This document shows, one piece after another, positions 12,842 through 24,970 of a DNA stretch of 64,000 nt. The position numbers were made by a program, and so were the translations under genes. The notes under the pieces were generated by a model. The model worked only from the letters and a program-made list of their open reading frames with translations. It made no database searches and was not told where the DNA came from. The number at the start of each line of letters is the position of its first letter. Positions within the stretch are counted from its first letter, which is position 1. The DNA comes from Thalia democratica (Eukaryota): contig OZ241830.1 of NCBI GenBank assembly GCA_965202585.1, positions 8,432,001 to 8,496,000 of the forward strand, in the 5' to 3' direction.

Positions 12842-14749
12842 TTTAGTTGTGTATATATTTATAAATATCTATAATAAAAACACTTTTGAGTATTTGCCAA
12901 AGTGTACTTTAGAAAATATTTTAAAAATTAAGTAATTAAGTTCAACAAACAAGTTACAAACTGAACAAAGATTACATACCGGACGTATTAAAAGTAATGC
13001 GAATAAAAAGCATATATATACTTTGAAAATTTAATATTTTATAATATGCTTAAGTTTGAAGTATGCAAAAATAATTTACATTTTTAATAAATTATAAAAC
13101 GATAAACTTTAGGGTAGTAGATTGTAATTTTATATAATATAAAAAATATAAAGTCAAAAACAATTTAAAAAAAGAACCCTTTTATGTTGGAGGTGTTACA
13201 AAATAGTTCAACAAAGATATTAGGAACTTGTACAAACTTAGTATACACGTTTAAATAGTGATACTAAAACTAATTAAGGTATTATTAAATTATACTCTTT
13301 ATTAGGAGTGCTATTCTCTAAAGTCCTAAGTACACTCTTACCAGCGACGTACAATTCCAACCCGCACACAAATCCCATCTACTTTTTTTCTGTCTCTAAT
13401 TTATAAAACTAATTTTTTACTCACACAGTTACCACTAACCTTTACCCTTGTTCGGTAAGCCGTTCTCAATTTTGATTGGGTGGAAATAGTGCGCGGATTG
13501 GAACTGAGCGGTTCCATCTGTGTAAACCAGCCCGAGTGACTACAAACTAAACACGGCATAAGAATTTTCAAGTGGGTAGGACATACTTTGATTGACTAAT
13601 AAAAGATACTATGAATTTTGTTGATCAACAGAAGAATTTGCCAATTTAAAAAGTTAAATTCAACCTTTTTATTTAGGAAACAATTTTTTTAAGGTAATTT
13701 ATTTTTATAGTTGTATAGCACAGGGCCGTGTCTAGACATTTTCCAAAGGGGGTTCACAGTTTTTTTGTTTTTAATTTGCCGTTTAAGTACGCATTTCTTA
13801 GGTATGCACTGGCAATTAAGTATGCAATATTTAGCCAAAAACTCTGTGTTTAGAATGTTTTTTACTGCATAGAAATAAAAAAACATATAAGTAGCAGAGA
13901 CGTGTCTAGACAATTTTAGTGAGTAGCACAATTTTTTTGTTCAAAAACAAAGTATTATATGTGGTAGATTTTAATAAACACTTTAGAAATTTTTATTAAT
14001 GGCTATCATATAATTACAAAATTATTTTTTAATTTCAAAAATAAAAAAATACTAGTTAAACAGAAAGCAAAAAATTGATAAGTAATAATTTTATTTTTGT
14101 TTTATTAAAACAATTAAAGAATATACATTACGTCATTCATTAATGACAATGCAGAAATTAGCATTAAAAAGTGAAGCTAACATGAATAACGAAAATATTT
14201 ATTAACACGGCACTGAACACGAGAACTAATCATTATTAGTGACTAAAGTATCTTAAAATTAGTGAAAAAAAATTAATGAAATATAAATAAATTGATAAAT
14301 AAAAAATTAATTAAACATAAATTCTACTTAAAATAGTTAGCTAAATATCAGATTTAAATCAAAAGTTAGTTCAGATTTTGATAACGAAATATATAGTGAA
14401 AGTGTCCAAAGTTGAAAATGAAACCAATTGAGTTGGATTAACATTCAAAATGAGTTTTTTAAACAATTTTGATTGGCTTATTTTGAATCAAAAGTTTCAT
14501 TTTTCGTATGTGCATCTCTTTGAATTATAACATTTTTATACAGTTTTTACTTTTTCTAACATAACATCTTTTATAATAGGTTAAAATTATTCAAAAGTTT
14601 AGCAAAAAAGCAAAGCTAAATCTACTTAAATATGTAAAATATCCAATTAGATAATATTTTAATTGAATAATCTATACTTTTTTCTTATACATTTTATTTT
14701 ATAGGGTACACAGGAAACAGGAAACCAGTCAAAACACAACCCTGGTATA

Positions 14750-15858
14750 GCATATTACAACTTGCAACTTACTGTGACGACTGTTCTAGACTTAATATAC
14801 ATTAATAAAATTAATTTTACTTTAAGTATTTAATATAATACTAGGTAGTTTGTGTGAACATCTAGATAAATTATAATTGTGCTGGATTGAAAATTTATTT
14901 GTTTGAGTATTGGATGTCTTATAATAATTTCATGCTACGCTAAATTTACTTGACTTTTGCTTTTTTTGCCTTTTTGTTTTTTGCTTGACTAATAAAAGAC
15001 TGTTTAGTAAGTTTCAATTAAGTTCTTAAGAATATAACGTAATTGTTGTTTTTTGTTCTTTTAGTAGTTTTTGACCATTGAAAGATTCTTATATGGTAGT
15101 AAAACTAATTATAGAAAATAAGTAATAAAATAATAAAGCAATTACTTTTTTTGTTAAAATTACAGTTTTTAAAATTAAAAACATAGTTGAAGTGTGTTAA
15201 TTTTTAAAATCCTAGTTTGCAATTTTATAGATCACTAAAAAATCAAGTGGTTTTCTCTTATAAAAACTCAAAAAATTGGCACTTTATATAAATACTACTA
15301 TAGTAACACTTGAATTTTAGTCTAAACTTATAAGTATAACTTGCAATAGGAAAACGATAAATTTTCAACAGGAAATGTTATACAAAAAAACCGTGTTGGA
15401 AACTGAATTAGTACAGCTAGGGTTTTAGATACCACATTTAAAATTGTATACAAGTTCACTGCATTCATATTCGTTTTCTACATTTAAATAAGTAACTTAT
15501 AATTATTAAAATTGTATCTAGGAGTTTAAAGCCAATCTAAAGTAACAATTTAAAAATAGAGCATTGTCTAGTTATTAATTTTAGTTTTACGCAAGTTTGT
15601 TTAAGATCTCCTTTTTGAATTAAGTGATATTATTAGAGGCTTGTTATTCTTTGAGGCAAAAACTTATTATGAATTAATTATAAAACATCAAATACTCAAA
15701 CAAATAAATTTTTAACTCCGGCACAATAATCATTTATCTAATTGTTTACACAAACTACATATTATTATATTAAATACTTAAAGTAAACTTTATTTTGTTA
15801 ATGTATATTAAGTCTAGAACAATCGTCACAGTAAGTAGCAAGTTGTAATATATTATGG
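14750..15858. mobile_element. Fold-back / non-autonomous DNA element with ~180-bp terminal inverted repeats
   Basis: 14750-14925 (atattacaacttgcaacttactgtgacgactgttctagacttaatatac...tttgtttgagtatt) pairs with the reverse complement of 15686-15858. Confidence 0.65.
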
Positions 15859-16195
15859 AGCTATAAAAATAAATTACCTTAAAAAAGTATTTTTGCTAAA
15901 TAAAAAGGCTGAATTTAAGTTTCTAATTAGCAAATACTTTTGTTGATCAACAAAATTCATAATATTTTTCAAATTTAAAGGCTTATATCATTGCTTCCTG
16001 TTTGTGTATAAGTTTAGTTTATTTTTGAACTAGTTACAGCGTAATTGTAAAAATACTTTTAAACTTTTTGTTTACCACTATCTATACTTTATTTTAACAT
16101 TTAAAAACTGCAAGCAAAAAGATTGAAAATATAATAAACTGAAAATAAAATTAATTTGCTAAGACCCGTTAAAAAGCTTACACAAACATCTATTA

Positions 16196-16593
16196 GAATT
16201 GCCACATATATTCTAAAATTTTTCCAGGTTTTCCAAATTTCTTCCATATTTTTAAAAGTAAACATTTTTGGGTCTATTTTTAGTTTTTAGTTAATTTCTA
16301 TAAAAAAATGTGTTAAATACTACAAAAACATTTAAAAGATGCTGTAAAGTTACTTTAAATGTGTTTTTTAATACAAAAATTTTTTGATAATGACAAAAAA
16401 ATCTTATTTATATGATAGATTTTTTGTTTCAAATTGAAATTTTAGTACTGAAAATATTAAAATTATTAAAAATTTCAGGTGTTTTTTTCAAAATTTCTCA
16501 AATTCAAGGTTTTTCCAGGTTATTTTTGCCTAACTTGTCGGATTTTAGGTTTTACAAGGCTTTTCCAGGTTTCCAGAAAAAGTGGCAACCCTG
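16196..16593. mobile_element. hAT-like MITE (CAGGGTTGCC-type TIR), same family as 29005-29414
   Basis: Ends in ggcaaccctg (16584-16593). The internal ttttccagg repeats and body align with 29005-29414. The left TIR is degenerate. Confidence 0.55.
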
Positions 16594-19500
16594 CATCTAT
16601 TATTATAATGTGAACACTAGCCTGATATTTTCTAAAACCATTAAAAGTAGCCTGAAAAAGCCTGTGGTTTTCAAAGTTTTTACACTAGCTTGAGTTAGCC
16701 TGAGTTTGTGACAACCCTGATTATAAAATCACAACAGATATATATATAAAAACCTATTAATATTTGTCTAAAGGTATTTCGTACAATTTTGGCTACTTTA
16801 TGTCTAATTTATAACTTGTCACCAAGATTGTAGTTTTACATCTTTTAAACAAAAAAAAAATAACATATGTAAAGTTTTATATTTGAAAAAGCTATCAGTA
16901 AAAAAGCTATTTTTTATTATTATTTGATCTATTTATTCTTTACTTTTATATCAGAGTAGCACAGGCTATAAAAAACCAGTCTAATTCCAGTATTACTAAA
17001 AATAAAACAATACTAACTTAGGCAGTAGTATTTCTACAAACAATAAACATACTTTATTTTAGTTTATTTAAATATAGAATTTATTTCTTAGTGATTTCTT
17101 AATATAAAACTAAATGCTAATCCAAACTTAAAACTAAACTATGAAAAAATAATTAAACAAAAAAAAACTAACTTAAGCCTAAACAAAAATAAATAATATG
17201 TTTAATAGCTCAAGCTGACCTAAGTTATGAAAAATTATTACCTTAAGTTAGAAGTAACACTACTATACCAAGTTATAAAGTTATATATTATAAAACTGTG
17301 TAATTATACATAGTTTTTATAAAACATAAAACACAGAAAAAACTAAAATTAGCTAAGATACTTATAAAATAAAGTATTAACAGTATCAAATCTAGCCTAA
17401 AAAACAAACAATTTTAGTGTAGAACTAATTATAGTAAAAGTAGAAACATTTTTATTTCTAGTATATTATATAAATATTAAAGACAAAGTTTTTAAATCAT
17501 ATTCTCATTATAAAACAAAAAAGTAGGTGTAAACATTTTTTTAGAGTAGTATAAGGTATAGATGTAGGTACACTTAATTTACTAATTTGGGACTACTTAT
17601 TATAATTAAATCTTACCGTATTTAATTACTATTTTATAAATACTAAATTCTATGTTGGTCTACTATGTGTCAATCAGACAACACAAATTAAGTAATGAAA
17701 GTATTATATAAAGCAACACAGAACACTATTATAACAATACTGTTTCAAAAATGTAAGTTACATTTATAAACAACTTGGAATAACTAAAACTTAAAAACAA
17801 TTTAAGTTTAAATGAAAAACACTTTAAAACCTAAAATAATGTGAACTTTAAAATGTTCAAAGAACTGTAAAACAAGTAAATTTACAAACTGTAAAAAAAA
17901 TGTATTTTTAATTAAAAATCTAAATACATAAATAAAAAACATATTACAATATATAAAATGCAGTTAAAAAAAAAGTTGAATAATAATTTTTGGCAATATC
18001 TCAATATAAGCTGTAGTATTATTTACATCTCAATCTTATAATAATGATAATATTGTCTGAAATACTACATATTTTGTTACACTCAGTATTTAACACTTAA
18101 ACAGTGGAAGAGTAAATGAAAGATGCACTCTATTACAACAGGATATTTTTTTTAATAAATTCTTCTCGTATTATCAAACTGTTTTACTATTTTTAAATTG
18201 CAGGTTAATAGTATTGAATGAAAATAGACTCCATTTTTAGTTAAATAAAATAAACTCACCTGAGCTTAAAAACACTACATAAAAATCTCAGTTAATGCCT
18301 AACCGCCTGAACTTTATATTTAAACTGTAAGTACAGACAACTTTTTAAAATGTATTTAAGAAATGTTAAGGTATTCTACAATTTCAATATATCATAATAT
18401 CACAAAATGGTCTTTAGAAACATAATGATCACAGGGCACATTAAAAAAAGTATCATTGAAGTTTTGGTCAAAATCCATAATGGTACAGGAATTTAGTCAT
18501 CGAATAAGGGTGTTGAATATAAACACTTGAAAGTTTGAGTAACGTTAAACTAAAGTTTTAGTAACCTTTTTCTCAAGTATTTCAAAACTTTAAAAAAGAT
18601 TGACTTAATAAAACAAAATTTTACAAACTTCTTTACTTGTTTACTTTAATTTATGATAAAAGATAGTCTACTTATAACTTTTTATGACACAACATTCATC
18701 GTTTTAAATTTAATATATAGATCTTATTGTTATTTAGGGTTGCAAGAGATACATAAACAACCATTTTTGAATACTGAACAAAGTTTTGGTTTTTAGCTTA
18801 ATTTTAATGCTCAGGTAGTTTTTGACAATCTGCAATTATGTTTGTGAAAATTCTACAAAAATTATAAAAAAACAATTTTTATACACGTTATAAAAATGTA
18901 TCTTTTATCTCCTCTAAGTTATTTGTAAACTAGTTCATATATATAACAAGCTTTAAAGCTATTGGTTTAAAAAAATTGCACATTTTAGGACATTAGTAGT
19001 TTAGATTTTATATTCTTGCTTCAAACTTATGCTTTTTTTGTTTATAAGTTTTAATAAACAATTTAGATCTACTAATACTATCTGAATAATTAAAAAATGT
19101 TTGTTTTTTAAGTGTTTCAGTCTTAAATTTTGACCAATAATTGTTTTGCTTGCGATTTGGAACCATTAGTAAATACTAGTGAGAGTGACATTGCGTAGTT
19201 AGTCTTTTTGTTAGGTTGTGCTGCTAATTGACATTGTCTAGTTCAAAAATTCTTTAGTTTAAAATATTTAGATAAAACCTTAAATTAATATGACAAAGTA
19301 GCGAATTTATCAGAAAAATAAATGTTAGGTACAATATCAAAAGATAAATATATTAAAAAAAAAATATCTTATACATTTGTATGTTATTACTCTTTCTTAA
19401 CAAAACTTTTTATATGTTTAACAAAAAAAAGTCAAACTTTTGCAAATTTTTCATAAAAGCTTTTAAACTTCTATCAGGTAATAATATATAATAGTTAAAA

Positions 19501-21402
19501 ATACTTATAAGAAAAATTTAAACTTTATATAAAGTTTGTATATATTTTCAAAAAATCATAAAAATTTTAAAGTAAAATTTATTCAGACTAAGCTTTCAAT
19601 ACATATAATTAACAAATAAAGCAAAAGTAATATAAAAGTTACTTGTTTGCAAACCAAAAAATTAAAGTTGTAAAATATCCTATAATTTTTTATGTCTTCT
19701 TTTCAGAAAATAATAATTTGACACAACTAATTTATTCTTCAAATAAATAAATTTAATTAGATAAAAAATAGTTTCAATATACAAAATTAAAAAATAAAGC
19801 AAAATATATGAAAAAGTACAATATTGCAAAATAACAAGTCTAAAAATTGGATTATAAACTGTAAACATTAATATTTAGTCATTAAAATAGCATTAAGGAG
19901 AGAAATGTATTTCTAAATGAATAATTTTTTCCAAAAAATAAGTATGTATGATGCGATGAGGGAGAGTGAAAGTTTAAATGTTATGAAAATATCAAAAAGC
20001 AGATGGTGGCTTGTTTTAAAGACATAAAACCAAATTTCTAATAAGAGATGGAGCAAAATACTATATAACAACAATAATAAATGTTCAACGACCTTTCTAT
20101 AAATTTCATACTAAATAACCTTTTATTATAAATAAATACATAATATTTAATAGTTAAAATAAAGGCTGATATAAGTTAAAGTACAAGGTTTATTTTTATA
20201 CCACTATTTTAAACTTTAAAGTATGCTTCTATTTTATTATGTAAGAATTTTTTTCTTTAAATTAATGTATTTGCTTAAAAAACTAAATTAGAGATAATTA
20301 ATTTTACATTTTTTGTTGGGAAAATTTGTATTTCCCACACATAAAGAAAACGTTGAGCTTTCAAACTTTGACCAGCTTATGTCAAAATCTAATTACTTAG
20401 AGCAGTTGAAACAATTTACAGTTTAATTAACAGTCTACAAAGTAAGATTAAGCTTGAAAAACTTATATTACCTAGGTTTAATATCAGCTTTAATTTTAAG
20501 TTTACCCATACATTATTCATAAACAGTATATACATTCTAAAAAAGTAGGTATTTTGATTAGAATTAAAAAAATACTTGAATTAAAACAGCAGGTTCCTTA
20601 TGTAAGGTGTTTAACAGCAAAAAATGACTAAAAAATAATTACTAGCTTTTATCATAAAAGAAGAGATATGTTTAATATTTATTTAAGTTTATTGTTTTGT
20701 TTTCTCTCCATTAAGAGATTCTTACTTTGACTGGCCTTATCTAAATAGTTATGTTGAACATTTTAAACTAGTAAAATGATTTTCTGGCTAGATTTTTTTA
20801 AGACAACTTCAAAACAATTTCACCTTCCCAGCCCCTCACGATCTTAGTTGATAAAAAGTTGCAGATTTAACCTTGTAATTATTTTTTACAAAATAAAAAC
20901 CTCAACTAAGTGAGTGCCAAACTAATTTAAGATAAGTATTTTAAATTTTTAAATGGTTTTTTTGTAGACAATTTGTACTATCAATATAAAAACGCGAACC
21001 CAATTAAAAGTTTCATGTAACTTTTTACTACATACTGTTTATCTAAATAGTAAAAAATATTAAAAAACAAATATTCAAGTGCTATATAGAAACATAATAG
21101 GTAGCCTTTATTTTATCTGAATAATTTGAGGTTTTCTGAAAACAAAAATTGATGCGAAAAAGATGGTTAACTTTTATGAACAATTACTAAAACACTTATT
21201 AATAAAACACTCACAAAACTGTAAAGTTTTTTTATATTTTATAATAATGCCTTTTAAGAACTTTTTATAACTTTTTGTTTTGATAGTTTATTTTTGTTGT
21301 ACATGTGTTGACCATTAAGTTTTTTTATTGCAACATTTAACTAGAAGTGGAAACTTTGGATTCAGTATATTCAGTTTGTTTACAGCCATTAAATTTTCTA
21401 AC

Positions 21403-21600
21403 TAGTGATCTACCGAGTATAAAAATTTCGGACTCGGCCGAATTGGAGTCCGAGATTTATTATTAAGTTAGGATTTCGCCGAGTCTGAATTCGAGTCTCA
21501 ACTTATAAATTTGGATTCGGCCGAATCCAAGTCCGAGTCCGAATACATTAATAATTTTTTATAAACTTCAATTGCTTTTGAATCCTTAATGTCCGAGATT
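21403..21600 (+). mobile_element. Truncated MITE of the TAGTGATCTACCG family with (t/c)ccgagtccgaat internal repeats
   Basis: Starts tagtgatctaccgagt and contains the palindrome gattcggccgaatc. Relatives at 2258-2340, 30568-30728, 42366-42445 and 51775-51868. Confidence 0.6.
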
Positions 21601-21937
21601 TTAAAAGACTTATAATTATCAAGGATAGTTTGCATGATAGCTTAATGCTTTCTATTTACTTTGGAGGTTTGGGTGCAGTACAACTTCAATCTTTGTCTAA
21701 ATTTTCACTTAAAAACTTTTTGTAACTCTCGCTGTGTTGATTTTTCAAATGCTCGTGCATGGAATATTGCATACTGCGTAGAGTTATCTTTCTAACATAT
21801 AGTAATATATAGGTCGTAATAGTTTTGTTCTTAAATTATGCTTTCATTTAAATATAACGTTTTATGGATACATAAAAACTGTATTTTAAACTACTATGAA
21901 AAACATGATTTTACAAAATACAAACCAATATATCTTT

Positions 21938-24919
21938 TGTATAAGTATTTACCTAGTTTAACTATGTTTTGTGTTACAGACTTTATCATTCTTGTAATTA
22001 GTTTGTGAATAAACTCAACCAAGAAGGATATATTTATTTATGATAAAGTCAAGCTGAATTAAATTAACAATGCCTGTGAATAAATGCCCTCTTGAGAGTT
22101 GCACATATGAAACACCAGACGTCAATTCTTCTGTAGTTGCCTCTTTGCTTATCACTCACAACAATGTTCACATTAATGCAAATTCTTTAAAACCAAAGCC
22201 TCTAAAGATGGACCGTCCTCGAATAGGGACAGACTGCAATGAAGAGGGTTGGAATATATTTGTACAGAAAATGAACTATTTTTAAAGATAGCATAGAGAT
22301 GACAGAGATGGAAAAACGTCGTAAACTGTACCAGTGCTGTGAGGAAGATTTAGGCGATGCTATTCTGAAAGGACATTAATATGTAGTAAATTTAAGTGAG
22401 CAAGAGCTTTTAAGGATGATTAAGCAGCTTGCAGTTATTCCTGTTTCAGTTGTTGTACGACGATCAGACTTTCTTCGTGCAAGACAGGATTTGACTGAAA
22501 ATACTAGATCATTTGCCGCCCGTTTAAAGGGAAAAGCCTTTACATGCTCGTACACATGTAAATGCCCCAAGGATGGCTGTAATTAAATGATAGATTTTAC
22601 AGACATAATCCTAAAAGATGTCATGGTATTAGGTTTAGTGGATGAGGATATCCGTAAAGAGGTGCTAGGATGGGAAAGTCTAGATGAAAGAAATGTCAAT
22701 GAGACAATCGGTTTTTTTGAAGGAAAAGAGATGGCACGTGATGCAATGTCAAAACCCGCTGTTACAGCCTCAGTTTTCTCATACAAATCCTCAAAGAAAA
22801 TTACATAAAAACCAAGTGGTAAAATAACTTGTGGAATATGTAATAAATCAACTGATAAATTTGTTTAAAGCAGTAAAATTATGAGGTATATTGAGTGTTC
22901 TGCTTGTAAACAATGCTGGATAAAGTCCTGTAAAAAAGTTTATCAAAGTCACCAAAATTATGCCGATAAATCAAATGCACTTGTAGTTGGTGGATTGTAT
23001 ACACCAAATGTATACAAATCCTCAAAGAAAACCACACAAAAACCAAATGGCAAAATAACTTGTGGAATATGTAATAAATCAACTAATAAATTTGTTTGGA
23101 GCAAAATGAGGTATATTGAGTGTTTTGCTTGCAAACAATGCTGGATAAAGTCCCGTAAAAAATTTTATCAAAGTCACCAAAAAAAAGCTGATAAGTTAAA
23201 TGCTCTTCTGGTTGGTGGATTGTCTAAACAAAACTTTGATATCTTTAGCAGCCGAGGTCGTAGGAAAAATATGTTCGAGCGTAAAAACGTCAAGAAGAGA
23301 AAGGAGATACATGGGCAGAAAAGTGTATTTCTACACACTGGATGGCGACGAAAACCGCAAAAATCCCAATGCAATCCTACCCTACCTCCAAATGATAAGA
23401 AGTCATTACCTTACGTCAGAAAGAGTGTTATGACTTACAATAAACCGAAGATCTCAAAAACGTGGCTTGACATTTGGAATAAAAAGAAAGAATCTCTCAG
23501 TACTCGTTTTGTTAAGTCTCTAGAGAATATAAGTAAAAACAAAAAATCTTTGCCACCTTTTAATTGCGGTGATCATGTCGTGATACTAAATCAAACAGGT
23601 AATTTTCCTAGCAAGTGGGGGAAAAGTGGAGTGGTGGTGGAAGTGAAGGACTGTCAACAATGTGTTGTCAAAGTTGATGGATCAAATCGCTTAACTGTTC
23701 AAAATCGTAAGTTTCTGAGAAGATTTACCCCTCCTGTTTGCAAATGTCTAAGTAGTTTTCCTTATCTGAGAAAAGCAAACATACCACTGTTAAACTTTGT
23801 CTTTTCTGGTAAAGTTGAGGAAAAAAAATGTCAAGAAAAGTTTTGATGTTCTGCGTTTCCAGAAGGAAGATTCTTTTTGAATAAGCATTGTGTAATTTCC
23901 CTCTGTACTAATGGTTTTCTTCAAAATTGATGTTGAACTGGAATGGCTCGGATTTGCTTTGATCTATATTTTCTTGACTTAAGCAAACAGACCACCAAAG
24001 TTTACTTTCAAACAATAATGTGTCCGGGATGAGAGTGTGAAATTACCGGATTATTTGCAGCGTTTTCGTGTGAGACTTTATGATGCTTTTCAAAAGCTTC
24101 GTGACACCGATTTTTCTGATATTCATTTATTGTCAAGTTGGAATGTTCACTGTAAATTAATTTTTATTGTCTAACTAATGAATGAGTTTCAGTCTAATGG
24201 TGACGTCATAAAGTTTGTAGTTGACTTTGCAGCAGACTTGTCTAACAGCCATCTGTTCAAAGTAATCTTGGATGAGGACGCAGGGATTGACTTTCAAAAA
24301 TTCGAACTATTAGTTGGTATCGAGTATTTGGAAAATAAGTGTAGCAGTATTCCCTCAGTGTTTAATGCCATCAGTAATGCACATTCTACTTTGTTTGACG
24401 TCGAAATTATGATAAAGATGATTATCGGCAAATTAAGTGAAGTTTCAAGTTAATTAGATGAGTGGCGTGTGGTTTCGTTCTTCAAAGCTGAAAAGTTCAA
24501 ATCGGTGAAGCAATTAAGTTTTTGAATGCTTGCAACCAGTAAATAAATGAAGAAAAGTAAAGAATTAGTAAATTAGAATTAAGTAAAGTCTCAAATTTTT
24601 GTTACTGTTTGTTTGTTATAGTTGTAGTTTGTTATAGCAAATCATTTAACAGTGAACTAAGTTAATCGTGATTTTTTAAATGTTTTTGTCTTCTTGAGTT
24701 TAAATTCGTTGAATTTTAGACCTGAAAAATGCGTTTAAATTGTAATAAATTGTTTTAAAATAATTTTGTTTCACTAGGTAAATTTTTCGTTTTATCTCCT
24801 TCGTAGATAAAATCTGAGGGGAGATGTATAAGTATTTACCTAGTTCAACTATGTTTTGTATTACAGACTTTATCAATCTTGTAATTAGTTTGTGAATAAA
24901 TTCGACCAAGAAAGATATA
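21938..24919 (+). mobile_element. Internally deleted Ty3/Gypsy (Mag-like) LTR retroelement, left arm of palindrome
   Basis: 95-bp direct repeats at 21938-22032 and 24825-24919 start TGTATAAG and contain AATAAA. Polypurine tract GAGGGGAGA at 24816-24824. Interrupted gag from 22070 (KCPLESCTYET...RSFAARLKGKA...LGLVDEDIRKEVL). Integrase C-terminal tail (LPPFNCGDHVVILNQTG...KW...VKVDGSNRLTVQNRKFLR) at ~23550-23730. No RT or RNase H motifs. Confidence 0.8.
22781..23223 (+). repeat. 231-bp tandem duplication of the Cys-rich (CGIC...CxxCxxCW) gag segment
   Basis: atacaaatcctcaaagaaaa at 22781 and 23012; the two units are colinear up to ggattgt. Confidence 0.85.
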
Positions 24920-24970
24920 TATTTATTTATGATAAAGTCTTATTCAATATATTTGAATCTAATAAAAAAT

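Noticed and set aside
12251-12874. 207-aa Leu/His/Val-rich ORF that looks like a membrane protein
   Set aside because: Antisense reading of the CAG/CAA repeat in Sec23 exon 1.
16412-20000. Short ORFs in the 13-21 kb AT-rich interval (also 13689, 19680, 41284, 42052, 47348, 49935, 56029)
   Set aside because: Low-complexity K/I/L/F/N composition, mostly non-ATG starts, several overlapping MITEs, and no splice-compatible exon chain found.
24178-24453. 91-aa ORF present twice (also 25437..25712), plus 69-aa ORFs at 24700 and 24981
   Set aside because: The duplication is explained by the palindrome. There is no recognisable domain, and the 69-aa ORFs overlap the LTR and PPT.
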